The translations under genes and the position numbers were made by a program. Below, in pieces: positions 39,874 through 50,814 of a DNA stretch of 64,000 nucleotides. Each line of letters starts with the position of its first letter. The first letter of the stretch is position 1. Under the pieces are notes generated by a model that worked only from the letters and a program-made list of their open reading frames with translations, was not told the DNA's origin and ran no database searches. The stretch comes from an uncultured Chloroflexia bacterium (GTDB lineage: Bacteria; Chloroflexota; Limnocylindria; QHBO01), in assembly GCA_963839635.1 (NCBI GenBank), contig CAWIVT010000006.1, positions 470,936-534,935 of the forward strand. Direction: 5' to 3'.

Positions 39874-40811
39874 AGCGCGGCGCCGACGGCGAGGTGCGGC
39901 ACCACGAAGAGGGCCGACAGCCGCGAGACCACGTTGAGGCCGCCCAGCGCGATCTGCACCACGATCAGCACGACCAGCCAGAGTGCGAGCCGCCGCGCGC
40001 AGATGGCGTCGGTGGCGACCGCCGGATCGCGACGGCCGTCCAGACCACGAGGGCGGCGACGACCAGGCTCATGGCCCGATGCGCGAGCTGCACCGCCTGC
40101 TCGCTGCCAGCCAGGTCGGGCACGAGCGCTGCCGTCCATGAGCGGGAAGTCGGCGTAGGCGAGGCCGGCCCGGTGGCCGGTGACCCACGAGCCGAGCAGC
40201 ATCTGGGCGAAGATCGCGACGGCGGTGATGCCGGCCAGGCGGGTGAGGCGCCGGCCGCGCGTGCGCGGCGGCATCGGTCCACGGGTGGCCCGGTCGGCGA
40301 TGAAGATGGTCGGCCGCGAAGACGGTGAGCGCCATGCCGAGGTGCAGCGGTGACGAGCTCGGCTGCGCAGGCCCTCCATGACCACCCAGCGCCCGAGCAG
40401 CGACTGCGACGATGACGAGGCACGCCGGCCACCACGGCCGCGGCGAGGAGCGGTCGATCGCGCCGCCGGTCGGTCGCTGAACAGCGGTCCAGATGCCCAC
40501 GGACGCCGACCAGCGGGCCGACGAGGAACGCCGCGATCGAGGCGGTGGGTGTGCTCGATCCAGGCGTGGAGCTCGGCCGGCGGGATCAGGTCGTCGAAGC
40601 GAAGCAGCCCGGGCCAGGCGGGGCAGGCCAGGCCCGAGTCGGTGGCGCGCACCAGGCCGCCCACGGCGATCAGGACGAAGGTCGCCACGGCAGCGGCGAC
40701 CGCCAGCTTGGCGAATCGGGTCACATCGGGTTCCTCTCGCCGCTCGGAGGGGGCCTGGCGAGCGGGCGCCGCCATGATAGCCGCCAGCGGCAGCCGGTAC
40801 GATGCCATGGC

Positions 40812-42057
40812 ATGGAGGACGGACGGCTGCTCCAGGTCAACGTCTCGCCGGGCGGCGTGCCGAAGCGGGCGGTGCCCGCGGCGCGGATCACGGCCGGTGG
40901 AGTCGAGGGCGACCGGCAGCAGGCGATCACCGTGCACGGCGGGCCACACCGCGCGGTCTCGCTGCTGGGCATCGAGGCGATCCGGCGCGTCGCGGCCGAG
41001 GGCCATCCGATCGGGCCGGGGACGACCGGCGAGAACCTGACGACCGAGGGGTTCGACGTGTCGGCACTGCCGCTCGGCACGCGCCTGGCCATCGGCGACG
41101 AGGTCGAGCTCGAGATCTCGGCGCCGACGAATCCGTGCCGCACCATCCGCCACTCGTTCAAGGACCTGCGGTTCGGCCGTCTCTCGATGACCACGCACCC
41201 GACGGACAGCCGCATGTACGCGCGCGTCCTTCGCGAGGGGACGGTGCGCCCGGGCGATCCGATCCGCGTCACGCTGCCGGTGGACGACCAGGCGGCGCTG
41301 TATGTCGTGAACGATCGGCTGGACGGCGTGGAGCGGGTGAGCTCGCTGGCGTTGTGGAGGGCGGCGGTGGAAGCCGGGCACGATGTCGACGTCCTGGACG
41401 ACGGCGACATCGCCGTCGCCGCCGCGCCGTCGCTGCCCGGGCAGGCCTTCAACAGCGGGCTCGGCTTCGCCCACCTGCCGAACCTGGTCGACCGCGCGCT
41501 GGATCACTTCCGCGGCCGAGGCGTCGCCGGATGGGTGCTTGCCGACGAGCCGCCCTGGCCCGGGGCAACCGCCGACACGACCCTGGCTCGCTACGCCGTC
41601 GCCCCGCCGAGCGTCGGGGGCGGCGAACCTTCCGGCGCCGCGGTACGCGAGCTGGCGCGCGGACGAGATCGGGCCATGGGCCGAGGTGATCACCGCGGCG
41701 AGCGAGTTTCCGGAGCCGATCGCGGCGGCGTGGCGGTCGCTCGAGGCGCGGCTCGCCCGGGCCGCGCACCATCACCGCTACGTGGCAGAGGTCGACGGGC
41801 GGGCCGTCGCGGCCGCCAGCCTCCACACGCACCACGGGCTCGGCTGGATGCGCGCCGGATCCGTCCTGCCAGCGTATCGCGGTCGCGGGCTGCAACGAGC
41901 GCTCATCGCGCAGCGGGCCGACGCGGCGGCACGGCTTGGCTGCGACCTGGTCGGCGCCTCGGCCGTGGAGGGAGGTGTCTCCGCCCGCAACCTCGAGACC
42001 CTCGGGTTCCGGCGCACCGGCACGCGGCGAAGCTACCGCGCCGAGGCGACCGCCTGA
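40812..42057 (+). CDS. MOSC-domain / GNAT N-acetyltransferase fusion protein (one frame change near 41655)
   Basis: ATG at 40812. The MOSC part is LLQVNVSPGGVPKRAV...GPGTTGENLTTEGFDVSALPLGTRLAIGD...NPCRTI (ORF 40545..). The GNAT part is VAEVDGRAVAAASLHTHHGLGWMRAGSVLPAYRGRGLQRALIAQR (ORF 41383..42057). Confidence 0.72.
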
Positions 42058-42860
42058 CGGACGCGGCGCTGCGCGGTCCTCGCGTGCGGGACGAATCGCA
42101 ACGGCGGCGGCACGAGCGGAAGCGCCCGACGGCTCACCGTCGCGACGACGGTCATCGCCCGATCACGCGCCGGCGACCAGGCGATCCCGTACTGGCGGCG
42201 AAGGGCGTCGGGCAGGGTGGCGATGGAGACGGCATGCGCCATCTCCCATACGGCGCGCGGCAGCCACGGAACCGGGTAGAGGACGGTCCGAGCGATCTCC
42301 ATGGCCGCGGGCGTCACCGCCACCCGGCCGTCGTCGATCATCCCGGCCATCCATGCTCGAAGCTCGACGATCGTCGGCGGCAGGACGGAGCGAGGCACGC
42401 CGAGCAGCTCGGCGACCTGCCCGGCCTCGGCGTGATACGCCTGCTCCTCCGCCGGTGTCAGATGTGCCACGAACCGGTCGTAGACGCGCAGGGCGGTGTC
42501 GATCAGGGTGGCATGCACCCACAGCAACGCCTCGGGGTCGAGCGCCGTGTAGGGCGCGCCGTCGTCGTGACGTGAGCCGGACACCGACCGGTGGATGCCG
42601 TTGACGCGCCGGATGGCCGCCTCGGCGCGCGATCGGGTCCCGAACACGACCTCGAAGCTGGTGCTCAGCGTGCGCCTCAGCCGGCCGAACGGATCGGTGG
42701 CATAGGTCGAGTGCTCGAAGACGCCGGCCGCCACAGCCGGATGCGCCGCCTGCATCAGCAGCGCGCAGGAACCGCCGGCCAGGACCACCACCTCGCGATC
42801 GATGCGCCAGGCGAGGCTGCCGGGGCCGAACAGGCCCGTCGCCTCGTCGATACGGGTCAT
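42033..42860 (-). CDS. Oxygenase MpaB-family protein (DUF2236)
   Basis: Intact 275-aa ORF. Strings: GPGSLAWRIDREVVVLAGGSCALLMQAAHPAVAAGV, VNGIHRSV, LLWVHATL. Confidence 0.7.
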   Translation of the reverse strand: MTRIDEATGLFGPGSLAWRIDREVVVLAGGSCALLMQAAHPAVAAGVFEHSTYATDPFGRLRRTLSTSFEVVFGTRSRAEAAIRRVNGIHRSVSGSRHDDGAPYTALDPEALLWVHATLIDTALRVYDRFVAHLTPAEEQAYHAEAGQVAELLGVPRSVLPPTIVELRAWMAGMIDDGRVAVTPAAMEIARTVLYPVPWLPRAVWEMAHAVSIATLPDALRRQYGIAWSPARDRAMTVVATVSRRALPLVPPPLRFVPHARTAQRRVRQAVASAR

Positions 42861-43615
42861 CCGTAGGCCGCTGCGGGAGCACCCCTCGGCCGTCGCGGCT
42901 CGTGGAAGACAACTCGGAAGACGAGCCCGGCCACGACGCCGGCCACGAATCCGCCGATGTGCGCCATGTAGGCAACGCCACCGCCCTCACCGGCCGTACC
43001 GAACTCGGCGAAGCCGCTCACGAACTGGAGGACAGCCCACAGGCCGATGGCCACGATCGCCGGCACCTGCATCGGGAAGCGGAGCATGAGGACCGTCACC
43101 CGGTTGGTCGGAAACATGACGAGGTACGCGCCGAGGACGCCGGAGATGGCGCCGGAGGCGCCGAGCGTCGGGATGTACGACGCCGTGTTGACGAGGATCT
43201 GCGCGAAGCTCGCGATGACCCCGGCGACGACGTAGAAGATCGCGAACGGGATGTGGCCGATGCGGTGCTCGACGTTGTCGCCGAAGATCCACAGGAAGAG
43301 CAGGTTGCCGGCGATGTGGAGCCATCCGCCGTGCATGAACATGCTCGTCAGGAGCGTCAGCCAGATCGGGCTGGGCCCGGGCTCCTGCGGGATGGGGACG
43401 GTCTCGCCGCCGATCTCGACAGGCTGCGGCTCGACAAGGTCGACCCCGTTGGTGATCTCGAACGGCACCGCGCTGTAGCCGTAGGTGAACTCCTCCCCGG
43501 ACGGACCGCCGGCGCCCTGGAGCAGGAGGAAGACGGCGACGTTGAGGCCGATGAATGCGAGGCTCACGAACGCTGGGCCATGGCCCCGCTCGTTCTGGTC
43601 GCCGATGGGGAACAT
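42857..43615 (-). CDS. Rhomboid-family intramembrane serine protease
   Basis: Intact 252-aa ORF. Motifs: MFMHGGWLHIAGNLLFLWIFG, catalytic GASGAISGVLGAY, HIGGFVAG. The stop overlaps the MpaB-like start by 4 nt. Confidence 0.88.
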   Translation of the reverse strand: MFPIGDQNERGHGPAFVSLAFIGLNVAVFLLLQGAGGPSGEEFTYGYSAVPFEITNGVDLVEPQPVEIGGETVPIPQEPGPSPIWLTLLTSMFMHGGWLHIAGNLLFLWIFGDNVEHRIGHIPFAIFYVVAGVIASFAQILVNTASYIPTLGASGAISGVLGAYLVMFPTNRVTVLMLRFPMQVPAIVAIGLWAVLQFVSGFAEFGTAGEGGGVAYMAHIGGFVAGVVAGLVFRVVFHEPRRPRGAPAAAYG

Positions 43616-43656
43616 CGGCGCGATGATAGAGCACGCGCCGCGCCATAATCGGCGGC

Positions 43657-44863
43657 ATGGAGATCGAGGTCCGCCCGTTCACCGGCGATCATCGAGCCTA
43701 TCTCGACTCGATCGCGATCGGCTTCTCCGAGCACCTGACGGACGAGTCGGCACCCATCTGGGACGCGGTGATGGAGTGGGACCGCGCCATCGCCGCGTAC
43801 GACGGCGACCGCATCGTCGGGAACGCCGCCGCCTTCAGCTTCGAGCTCACCGTGCCGGGCGGGTCACTGCCCGCCGCGGGCGTGACGGTCGTCGGCGTGC
43901 AGCCGACCCACAGGCGACGGGGCGCCCTTCGGAGCATGATGCGGATGCAGCTCGACGACGTGCACCAGCGCGGCGAGCCACTCGCCATCCTGTGGGCATC
44001 CGAGGCGAGCATCTACCAGCGATTCGGCTACGGCCTGGCTTCGCTGAGGGCGAGCGTCCGACTCGACCGTCATCGCAGCGCCTTTCGCCGGCCGCATGCC
44101 TTCAGCGGCCAGGTCCGCCTGGTGACAGAGGACGAGGCAAGGATCGCCTTCCCGCAGGTCTACGACGCGGTGAGGCCGACCCGCGTCGGATTCTTCACCC
44201 ACACCCCCGAGTTCTGGAATTCGGAGGTCTTCCACTTTCCGCCCGAGTGGCGGCGCGGACGCGGGGAGCCGTTCAACGTCGTGCACGACGTCGGCGGCAC
44301 GATCGACGGCTATGCGCGGTACGCGATCCGCGATGGCGACGACGCCGGAGGTGTCGGTCCTCGACCTGATGGCGGTCAACCCGGCCGCCCACCTGGACCT
44401 GTGGCGCTACCTGGCCGACATCGACCTCATGGCGCGCGTCGAGTGGTGGAACGTCGCCGTCGACGATCCGATCCTGCTGGCCATCCTCGAGCCGCGCAAG
44501 CTCGATATGAAGCTGGGCGACGCGCTCTGGCTCCGCATCGTCGACCTGTCGTCGGCCCTGGCCGGCCGCCGATATCGAACCGATGGAAGGGTCGTCCTCG
44601 AGGTGGCCGACGAGTTCTGCCCCTGGAACGACGGGCGCTGGGCGCTGCGCGTCGAGAACGGCGTGCCGTTCGTCGAGCACGCCACCGACTCGGCGGACCT
44701 GACCTGCGACATCACCGACCTTGCGGCGGCATACCTGGGCGCCTTCAGCTTTGCGCAGCTCTCGGACGCGGCGCGCGTGTCCGAGGCCTCCCCCGGCGGC
44801 GTTGCACGCGCTGATGCGCTCTTCCGGACCGATCGCGCACCGTGGTGCCCGCGAGTCTTCTGA
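43657..44863 (+). CDS. Eis-like GNAT N-acetyltransferase with C-terminal SCP2-like domain (one frame change near 44340)
   Basis: ORF 43657.. gives VGVQPTHRRRGALRSMMRMQLDDVHQRGEPLAILWASEASIYQRFGYG. ORF 44312..44863 gives LDLWRYLADIDLMARVEWW...WLRIVDLSSALAGRRY...GAFSFAQL. Confidence 0.75.
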
Positions 44864-44875
44864 GCCGGCCACGGA

Positions 44876-46463
44876 TCAGGCAGGCGAGGACCCTGCCGCC
44901 TCGGATTGGGCCGCCGCTCTCTCACGCGGCGGGTTCCTGATTCCGACGGCGTTCATCGCGCCGCCGGCCACGAGCAAACCCGCCGAGACGAGCATCGCCA
45001 GGTGGAAGGCGTCGGTCGATGCTGTCCGCGCCGCGTCGGCCACCTCCGGATCTACGTCATCCGGTGGGCTCGTCAGGGCCTGGATCCGCTCGCGGACCTC
45101 CGGGTCGTTGACGTCCAGGTCCGGCACCAGGCTGGCCAGCGTCGGATAGAAGGTCGCCGTGATGGCGATGAAGAGCACGGCGGCGATGAGTGGCGAGCCG
45201 ACCCGGCTCACCGCATTGTTGATGGCGGATCCCAGGCCGGCCTTCTGCACCGGCACCGAGCTCATCAGGGCGGTCGTCAGCGGGGCGACGACCATGCTGA
45301 TCCCCAGGCCGAACAGGATGAGGCCGGGTAGGACGTCCACCAGCACGTCCACCGGTGGAACCAGCGCGGTCGCATCCGTCAGTCCCGCGTCCCACGGTGC
45401 CGAGTCGGCCGGGATGCGCGCCAGCCAGAGGAGTCCGGCGGCCATGACCAGGGGTCCGATCGTCATGAAGAGGCGCGGGCCGAAGCGCGCGGAGAGCTGA
45501 CCGGCCGGCGTCGAGAGGAAGGTCAGCATGATCGCCACGGGCAGTCCGACCGAGCCGGCGGCCAGCGGCGAATATCCGAGCGTGCCCTGGAGGAAGAGGG
45601 CCTGGAAGGTGAATGTCACGTACAGCGCGCCGTAGATGACGAACGTCGACAGGTTGACGACGGTGAAGTTGCGCGACTTGAACAGCTCCGGCGGCACGAG
45701 TGGATTCCTGCGGGTGAGCATCAGCACCGGAATCGCAAGCGTGGCGACCGCGCCGATGCCGAGGGCGAACCACGCCACGGGATCCTGCCAGTCTCTCTCC
45801 TGGCCGCGAGTGGCCCCGAAGGCGAGCCCGCCGACCCCGATGGCGATGACCGCCGCTCCCAGCCAGTCGAACCTGCCGGTCGCCTCGCTGTTGCGGCTCT
45901 CGGGCATGCTGCGACTCGCCCAGAGCGCGAACGCGATGAGCGGCACGTTGATCAGGAATGCGGCGCGCCAGCTCACGGCCTGCACCAGGAGGCCACCGAC
46001 AACGGGACCGATGATGGCGGTCGCCGACGTCCCCGAGGCCCACAGCCCGATGGCGCGGCCTCGCTCCTCGCCGTCGAAGGCGGCGGTGATGATCGACGAG
46101 GCTGGCCGGCACGAGCACCGCGCCGAACGCTGCCTGGACGATGCGCGCGGCAATCAGGATCTCCATCGTCGGGGCGAGCCCGCAGCCGACGGACGCGATG
46201 CCGAACCCGGCGAGCCCGACCTGGAACATGCGGCGCCGTCCGTAGTAGTCGTTGAGAGCACCGGCGAGGATCAGCAGCGCCGAGAGGACGGTGAAGTAGG
46301 CGCTGTTGACGTAGGTCAGGCCCTCGAGCCTGGCGACGTAGGTCGCCGGCAGCTCGTCGCCGATCGACTCCAGCGCGACGTTGACGATCGTGCCGTCCAG
46401 GAAGACGATCGCCGAGCCCAGGATGGTCGCGACCAGGATGGCGGTGCGCTGGCTCACGGGCAC
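44876..46463 (-). CDS. MFS transporter, DHA2 (EmrB/QacA-like, 14-TMS) family (one frame change near 46095)
   Basis: The N-terminal 120 aa are in ORF 45057..46463 (ILVATILGSAIVFLDGTIVNVAL, LNDYYGRRRMF). The rest is in ORF 44876..46153 (GLWASGTSATAIIGPVVGGLL, many TM helices). Confidence 0.82.
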
Positions 46464-46495
46464 ATCCTACGCCGCGACGCCGATACCATTCGCGC

Positions 46496-47485
46496 ATGCG
46501 CAGGCTGACCGACGCCCTGGCGACCGACCTGGCCCGCCTGGCGGTGGACAACGTCGGCCGCGAGTATCCGAACGCGCCGGGCCACCTCCTGCGATCGGCC
46601 GATGACCTGGCTGCGCCGAGCGAGCTGCATCCCGCCTTTTTCGGCAGCTGGGACTGGCACTCATCGGTCCACCAGCATTGGCTGCTTGTTCGGCTCCTGC
46701 GCCTCGGCCTCGCCGGCGTGGAGGGCCCATCCGCGCACGCGGCGCTCGCGGCGAGCCTCACCCCGCAGCACCTCGAGGCGGAGGCCGCGTATCTGCGCGA
46801 GCGACCGGCCTTCGAGCGCACCTACGGATGGGCCTGGCTCCTGCGCCTGGCCGATGAGCTCGCAGCCTGGCCCGATCCGGAAGCATCGGCCTGGTCGACT
46901 GCCCTGGCCCCGGTCGTCGCGGCCGTGCGGGCCAACTGGGTCGCCTTCCTGCCCGCGGCAACGTACGCCATCCGCGCCGGAACGCATGCCAACAGCGCGT
47001 TCGGCCTTACCTTCGCCCTCGAGCACGCCCGAGCGGCCGGCGACGACGCCTTCGCCTCGGCGGTCGAGGAGCGCGCCAGAGCCTGGTTCGAGCCCGACCG
47101 GGCCTACCCCGCGTACCTCGAGCCCGGCGGCGATGACTTCATCTCTCCCGCGCTGGCCGAGGCGGTCCTGATGGCCCTGGTCCTGAAATCCGACTTCGCG
47201 GCGTGGTTCGAGGTGTTCATGCCCACGATCCCGCAGCAGCTGTTGTCCCCGGCGATCGTCGCCGATCGATCCGACCCGAAGACGGTGCACCTGGACGGCC
47301 TGAACCTGTCGCGGGCGTGGTCGTTGCGCCGAATCGCGAGGGCGCTGGGCGAGGGTGCAGCGTCTTCGCGAGTCCTCGCGGCGGCCGACGACCATCTGGA
47401 TGCCGCATTGCCACACCTGTTCAGCGGTGAGTACGGCGGCGAACATTGGGTCGGCACGTTCGCGCTTCTGGCCCTCACCGACTAA
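46496..47485 (+). CDS. DUF2891-domain protein
   Basis: Intact 329-aa ORF. Strings I associate with DUF2891: NVGREYPN, HPAFFGSWDWHSSVHQHW, ERTYGWAWLL, GTHANSAFG, LNLSRAW. Confidence 0.65.
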   Translation: MRRLTDALATDLARLAVDNVGREYPNAPGHLLRSADDLAAPSELHPAFFGSWDWHSSVHQHWLLVRLLRLGLAGVEGPSAHAALAASLTPQHLEAEAAYLRERPAFERTYGWAWLLRLADELAAWPDPEASAWSTALAPVVAAVRANWVAFLPAATYAIRAGTHANSAFGLTFALEHARAAGDDAFASAVEERARAWFEPDRAYPAYLEPGGDDFISPALAEAVLMALVLKSDFAAWFEVFMPTIPQQLLSPAIVADRSDPKTVHLDGLNLSRAWSLRRIARALGEGAASSRVLAAADDHLDAALPHLFSGEYGGEHWVGTFALLALTD

Positions 47486-47541
47486 CGGCAGGACCGGGGG
47501 CATCGGCCTCTAGCGGCACGCATCCTGCAGGCGTAGGCAGG

Positions 47542-48585
47542 GTGGTGAAAGCGCTTACATCCCGCCCCCGACCAAGACGCTCCGCGACCATCTACGAGGT
47601 TGCCCGCAGCGCCGGGGTCTCGATCGCCACGGTATCGCGAGTGCATCGCAACGCAGCCACCGTCGCCCCGGCGACGCGCGAGCGCGTCCACCGCGCCGTG
47701 GCCGAGCTCGACTACCGCCCGAGCCGGCTCGGACGCTCGCTTGCGCGCGGCCATCACGATGCCACCGGAATCGTATTCCCCGATCTCTCCGGGCCGTATT
47801 ACTCGGCGGTCATCTTCGGATACGAGGAGGCGTCTGCCGCAGAGGACCAGAGCGTCCTGATCCTCGCCACCCACGGTCGCCCGGCATCGGCGCAGCAGGT
47901 GCTCGACCTGGCGGACCGTGTGGACGGCCTCGTCCTCTTCGGGCGCACGGTGGATGACGATGTCGTGGAGGCTCTCGGGCGCCGTGGCGTCCCGATGGTG
48001 CTGCTCGCTCGCCCGACTGCCGGCACGGCGGACAGCGTCCGCGTCGACGGCCGGTCGAGCGCGAAGGAGCTCACCACGCACCTGTTCGCGCACGGGCTCA
48101 GCCGCGTGGCTTTTCTCGGGGACCCGCGCGGGTCGCCCGACGCAGCCGAGCGCTGGCGTGGGTTCACCGACGCACACCGGGCAGACCATCGCAAGGCGTG
48201 GCGGCCGGCAGTCGCATGCGGGTTCAGGGAGGTTGACGGGCAGACGGCCGCAGCAGCCCTCCTCGCGGACTCCGACAGGCCGGACGCGATCGTGTGCGCC
48301 AACGACGAGATCGCGATGGGAACGCTCGGGGCCGCGCGCGCCGCCGGGCTGACCGTTCCCGACGACCTGGCCGTCACGGGCTGGGATGACATTCCGGCGG
48401 CCCGCCACCTGGCACCGCCCCTGACGACCGTCCGCCAGCCGATGCTCGACCTCGGCCGGCGCGCGGCCGAGTTGTTGCGTGACCGAATCACGACCCACCG
48501 AACCGAGCCGTTGCACGACGTGCTGCCATCCGAGCTGGTCGTTCGTTCGAGCTGCGGATGCAGCCATGACATCCAAGGAGGATGA
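47542..48585 (+). CDS. LacI-family transcriptional regulator
   Basis: Within ORF 47446..48585. The HTH is TIYEVARSAGVSIATVSRVHRN, followed by a periplasmic-binding-protein-like sugar-binding core (AIVCANDEIAMGTLGAARAAGLTVPDDLAVTGWDD). The start is taken at GTG 47542. Confidence 0.88.
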   Translation: MVKALTSRPRPRRSATIYEVARSAGVSIATVSRVHRNAATVAPATRERVHRAVAELDYRPSRLGRSLARGHHDATGIVFPDLSGPYYSAVIFGYEEASAAEDQSVLILATHGRPASAQQVLDLADRVDGLVLFGRTVDDDVVEALGRRGVPMVLLARPTAGTADSVRVDGRSSAKELTTHLFAHGLSRVAFLGDPRGSPDAAERWRGFTDAHRADHRKAWRPAVACGFREVDGQTAAAALLADSDRPDAIVCANDEIAMGTLGAARAAGLTVPDDLAVTGWDDIPAARHLAPPLTTVRQPMLDLGRRAAELLRDRITTHRTEPLHDVLPSELVVRSSCGCSHDIQGG

Positions 48586-48591
48586 GAGGAA

Positions 48592-49866
48592 ATGACCAGT
48601 AAGAGATCGACCGGAGTCGCAATTGCGGCGTTCGCGATGATATTCGCGCTCGCTGCATGCGGGCGCGGTGACGAGGCCGACGCCAGCGGTGGCGGCGCTG
48701 CGTCCCAGGCTCCAGAGGTCGATACCGGCGCGGCGAGCGGCGAGATCGACGTTTGGGCGATGGGCACCGAGGGCGAGAACCTCGGCGTCCTGGCCGAGAG
48801 CTTCATGGCCGACAACCCGGACATCACCGTGACCGTCACGCCCGTCCCGTGGGATGCGGCGCACGATCGGATCGTCAACGCCATCGCCGGCGGAGAGGTG
48901 CCAGACGTCACCATGGTCGGAACCACCTGGATGGGCGAGTTCGCGGCCCTCGGTGGGCTCGATCCGACTCCGTCGAACATCGACGGCAGCCAATTCTTCG
49001 AGGGCGCGTGGAACACGACGATCGTTGACGGCACCAGCTATGCCGTGCCGTGGTACGTCGAGACCCGGCTGCTCTACTACCGCACCGACCTCGCCGCAGA
49101 GGGTGGTGTCACCGAGGCTCCCGCGACCTGGGACGACCTGAAGGCGCTCGCCGAGGGCATCCAGGGCGCCGGCGCGCAGTACGGGATCAACCTCCAGCCT
49201 GGCGGAACCGGCTCGTGGCAGACCTTCATGCCGTTCTTCTGGCAGGCAGGCGGCGAGATCCTCGGCGAGGACGGCGCGTTCACGCTCGAGGGGGAGCCCT
49301 GCGTCGGGGCGCTCACCTTCTACGACTCGTTCTTCGAAGAGGGCCTGACGGCGCCCGCAGCGGCAGACACGCCGGTTGAGGGCGAGTTCGCCAACGGCAA
49401 CGTCGGGTCGTTCGTCAGTGGCCCGTGGATGATCGGCATCGTCAGCGATGCCGGGGCGGATCCGGAGACCTGGACCGTCGCGCACCAGCCGACCGAAGAG
49501 GCCGGGACCTCGTTCGTCGGCGGTGCCAACCTGGCCGTGCTGTCCGATGCGGACAACAAGGAGGCAGGCTGGGCGTTCATCGAGTACCTGTCCCAGCCCG
49601 AGGTGCAGGTGACCTGGTACGAGACGGTGAGTGACCTGCCGTCGGTCCAGGCGGCCTGGGACGACGAGGCGCTCTCCGGCGACGAGCTCCTGTCCGCGTT
49701 CGGCGACCAGCTCTCGGATGCCAAGGCGCCGCCCTCGATCGCGACCTGGGAAGAGGTTGCGGCCGAGATCGACACCGTCATCGAGCAGGTGACGGTCGGT
49801 GACATGGCTCCGGAGGAAGGCTGCACCGCGATGCAGGAGGCAGCCTCCGCGATCGGCACGGACTAG
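48592..49866 (+). CDS. Carbohydrate ABC transporter substrate-binding lipoprotein
   Basis: Intact 424-aa ORF. The lipobox is FALAACG. Family-1 solute-binding strings: PDVTMVGTTWMGEFAALGGL, YAVPWYVETRLLYYRTDL. Confidence 0.88.
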   Translation: MTSKRSTGVAIAAFAMIFALAACGRGDEADASGGGAASQAPEVDTGAASGEIDVWAMGTEGENLGVLAESFMADNPDITVTVTPVPWDAAHDRIVNAIAGGEVPDVTMVGTTWMGEFAALGGLDPTPSNIDGSQFFEGAWNTTIVDGTSYAVPWYVETRLLYYRTDLAAEGGVTEAPATWDDLKALAEGIQGAGAQYGINLQPGGTGSWQTFMPFFWQAGGEILGEDGAFTLEGEPCVGALTFYDSFFEEGLTAPAAADTPVEGEFANGNVGSFVSGPWMIGIVSDAGADPETWTVAHQPTEEAGTSFVGGANLAVLSDADNKEAGWAFIEYLSQPEVQVTWYETVSDLPSVQAAWDDEALSGDELLSAFGDQLSDAKAPPSIATWEEVAAEIDTVIEQVTVGDMAPEEGCTAMQEAASAIGTD

Positions 49867-49871
49867 GGCCG

Positions 49872-50804
49872 ATGCAGAGCAACGCCAGGGCCGTGGGTGC
49901 GGGACGGACCGCATCCACGGCCGGGCGCTCGCCAAGGCGTGACGCGCTCGTTGCGTGGAGCTTTGCGCTGCCGTTCCTGATCCTGTTCCTGGTCTTCATG
50001 GCCGGGCCGATCCTCGTGGCGCTTGTCACGAGCTTCACCGACCTGCGGGTGACGGATATCCGCAACCCGCTGTCCGTCGACTTCGTCGGCATCGAGAACT
50101 ACGCAGCCGTCCTCGGGGACGAGCGCTTTCAGAAGGCGGCCGCGAACACGTCTGCCTACGTCCTCGTCGGCGTGCCGCTCGCCATCGCTCTCGGGCTGGG
50201 TGCGGCGCTCCTGCTGAACCAGGGGATCGTGAAGTTCCGCACCTTCTTCCGGGTCGGCTTCTACCTCCCGGTCGTCACGAGCATCGTGGCGATCTCGGTC
50301 GTGTGGCGGATCCTGCTCGGCACGGAGACCGGCCTCGTCAACGCCATCCTGGGGGCATTCGGCGTGGACGGGCCGGGCTGGCTGTCCGATGAGAGATTCG
50401 CCCTGTGGTCGCTGGTGGTCATGGCGGTATGGCACAGCCTGGGCTCCCTGATGGTGATCTTCCTGGCCGGCCTGCAGACAATCTCGGGAGACCTGTACGA
50501 GGCGGCCGAGGTCGACGGTGCGAATCGCTGGCAGCGATTCCGCGGCATTACCTTCCCGCTCCTGCGTCCGACGCTCCTGTTCGCCGGCGTCATCACCGGC
50601 ATCGGCTACGTGCAGTTCTTCGAGGAGGTGTACGTCATGACGCAGGGCGGGCCGCTGAACTCGACCGTGTCGCTCGCCTACTACGCCTACGACCAGTTCA
50701 GTTTCGGAAACTACGCGTACACGGCGGCGATCGCCTTCGTGCTGTTCATCGCCATCGCCGTGCTGACCGCGATCCAGTTCCGGCTGCTGCGACCGGCCAC
50801 GTGA
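49872..50804 (+). CDS. Carbohydrate ABC transporter permease (MalF-like)
   Basis: Intact 310-aa ORF with 6 TM segments. The EAA-type loop is LYEAAEVDGANRWQRFRGITFPLLRP. Confidence 0.9.
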   Translation: MQSNARAVGAGRTASTAGRSPRRDALVAWSFALPFLILFLVFMAGPILVALVTSFTDLRVTDIRNPLSVDFVGIENYAAVLGDERFQKAAANTSAYVLVGVPLAIALGLGAALLLNQGIVKFRTFFRVGFYLPVVTSIVAISVVWRILLGTETGLVNAILGAFGVDGPGWLSDERFALWSLVVMAVWHSLGSLMVIFLAGLQTISGDLYEAAEVDGANRWQRFRGITFPLLRPTLLFAGVITGIGYVQFFEEVYVMTQGGPLNSTVSLAYYAYDQFSFGNYAYTAAIAFVLFIAIAVLTAIQFRLLRPAT

Positions 50805-50814
50805 GGAGCGACCG

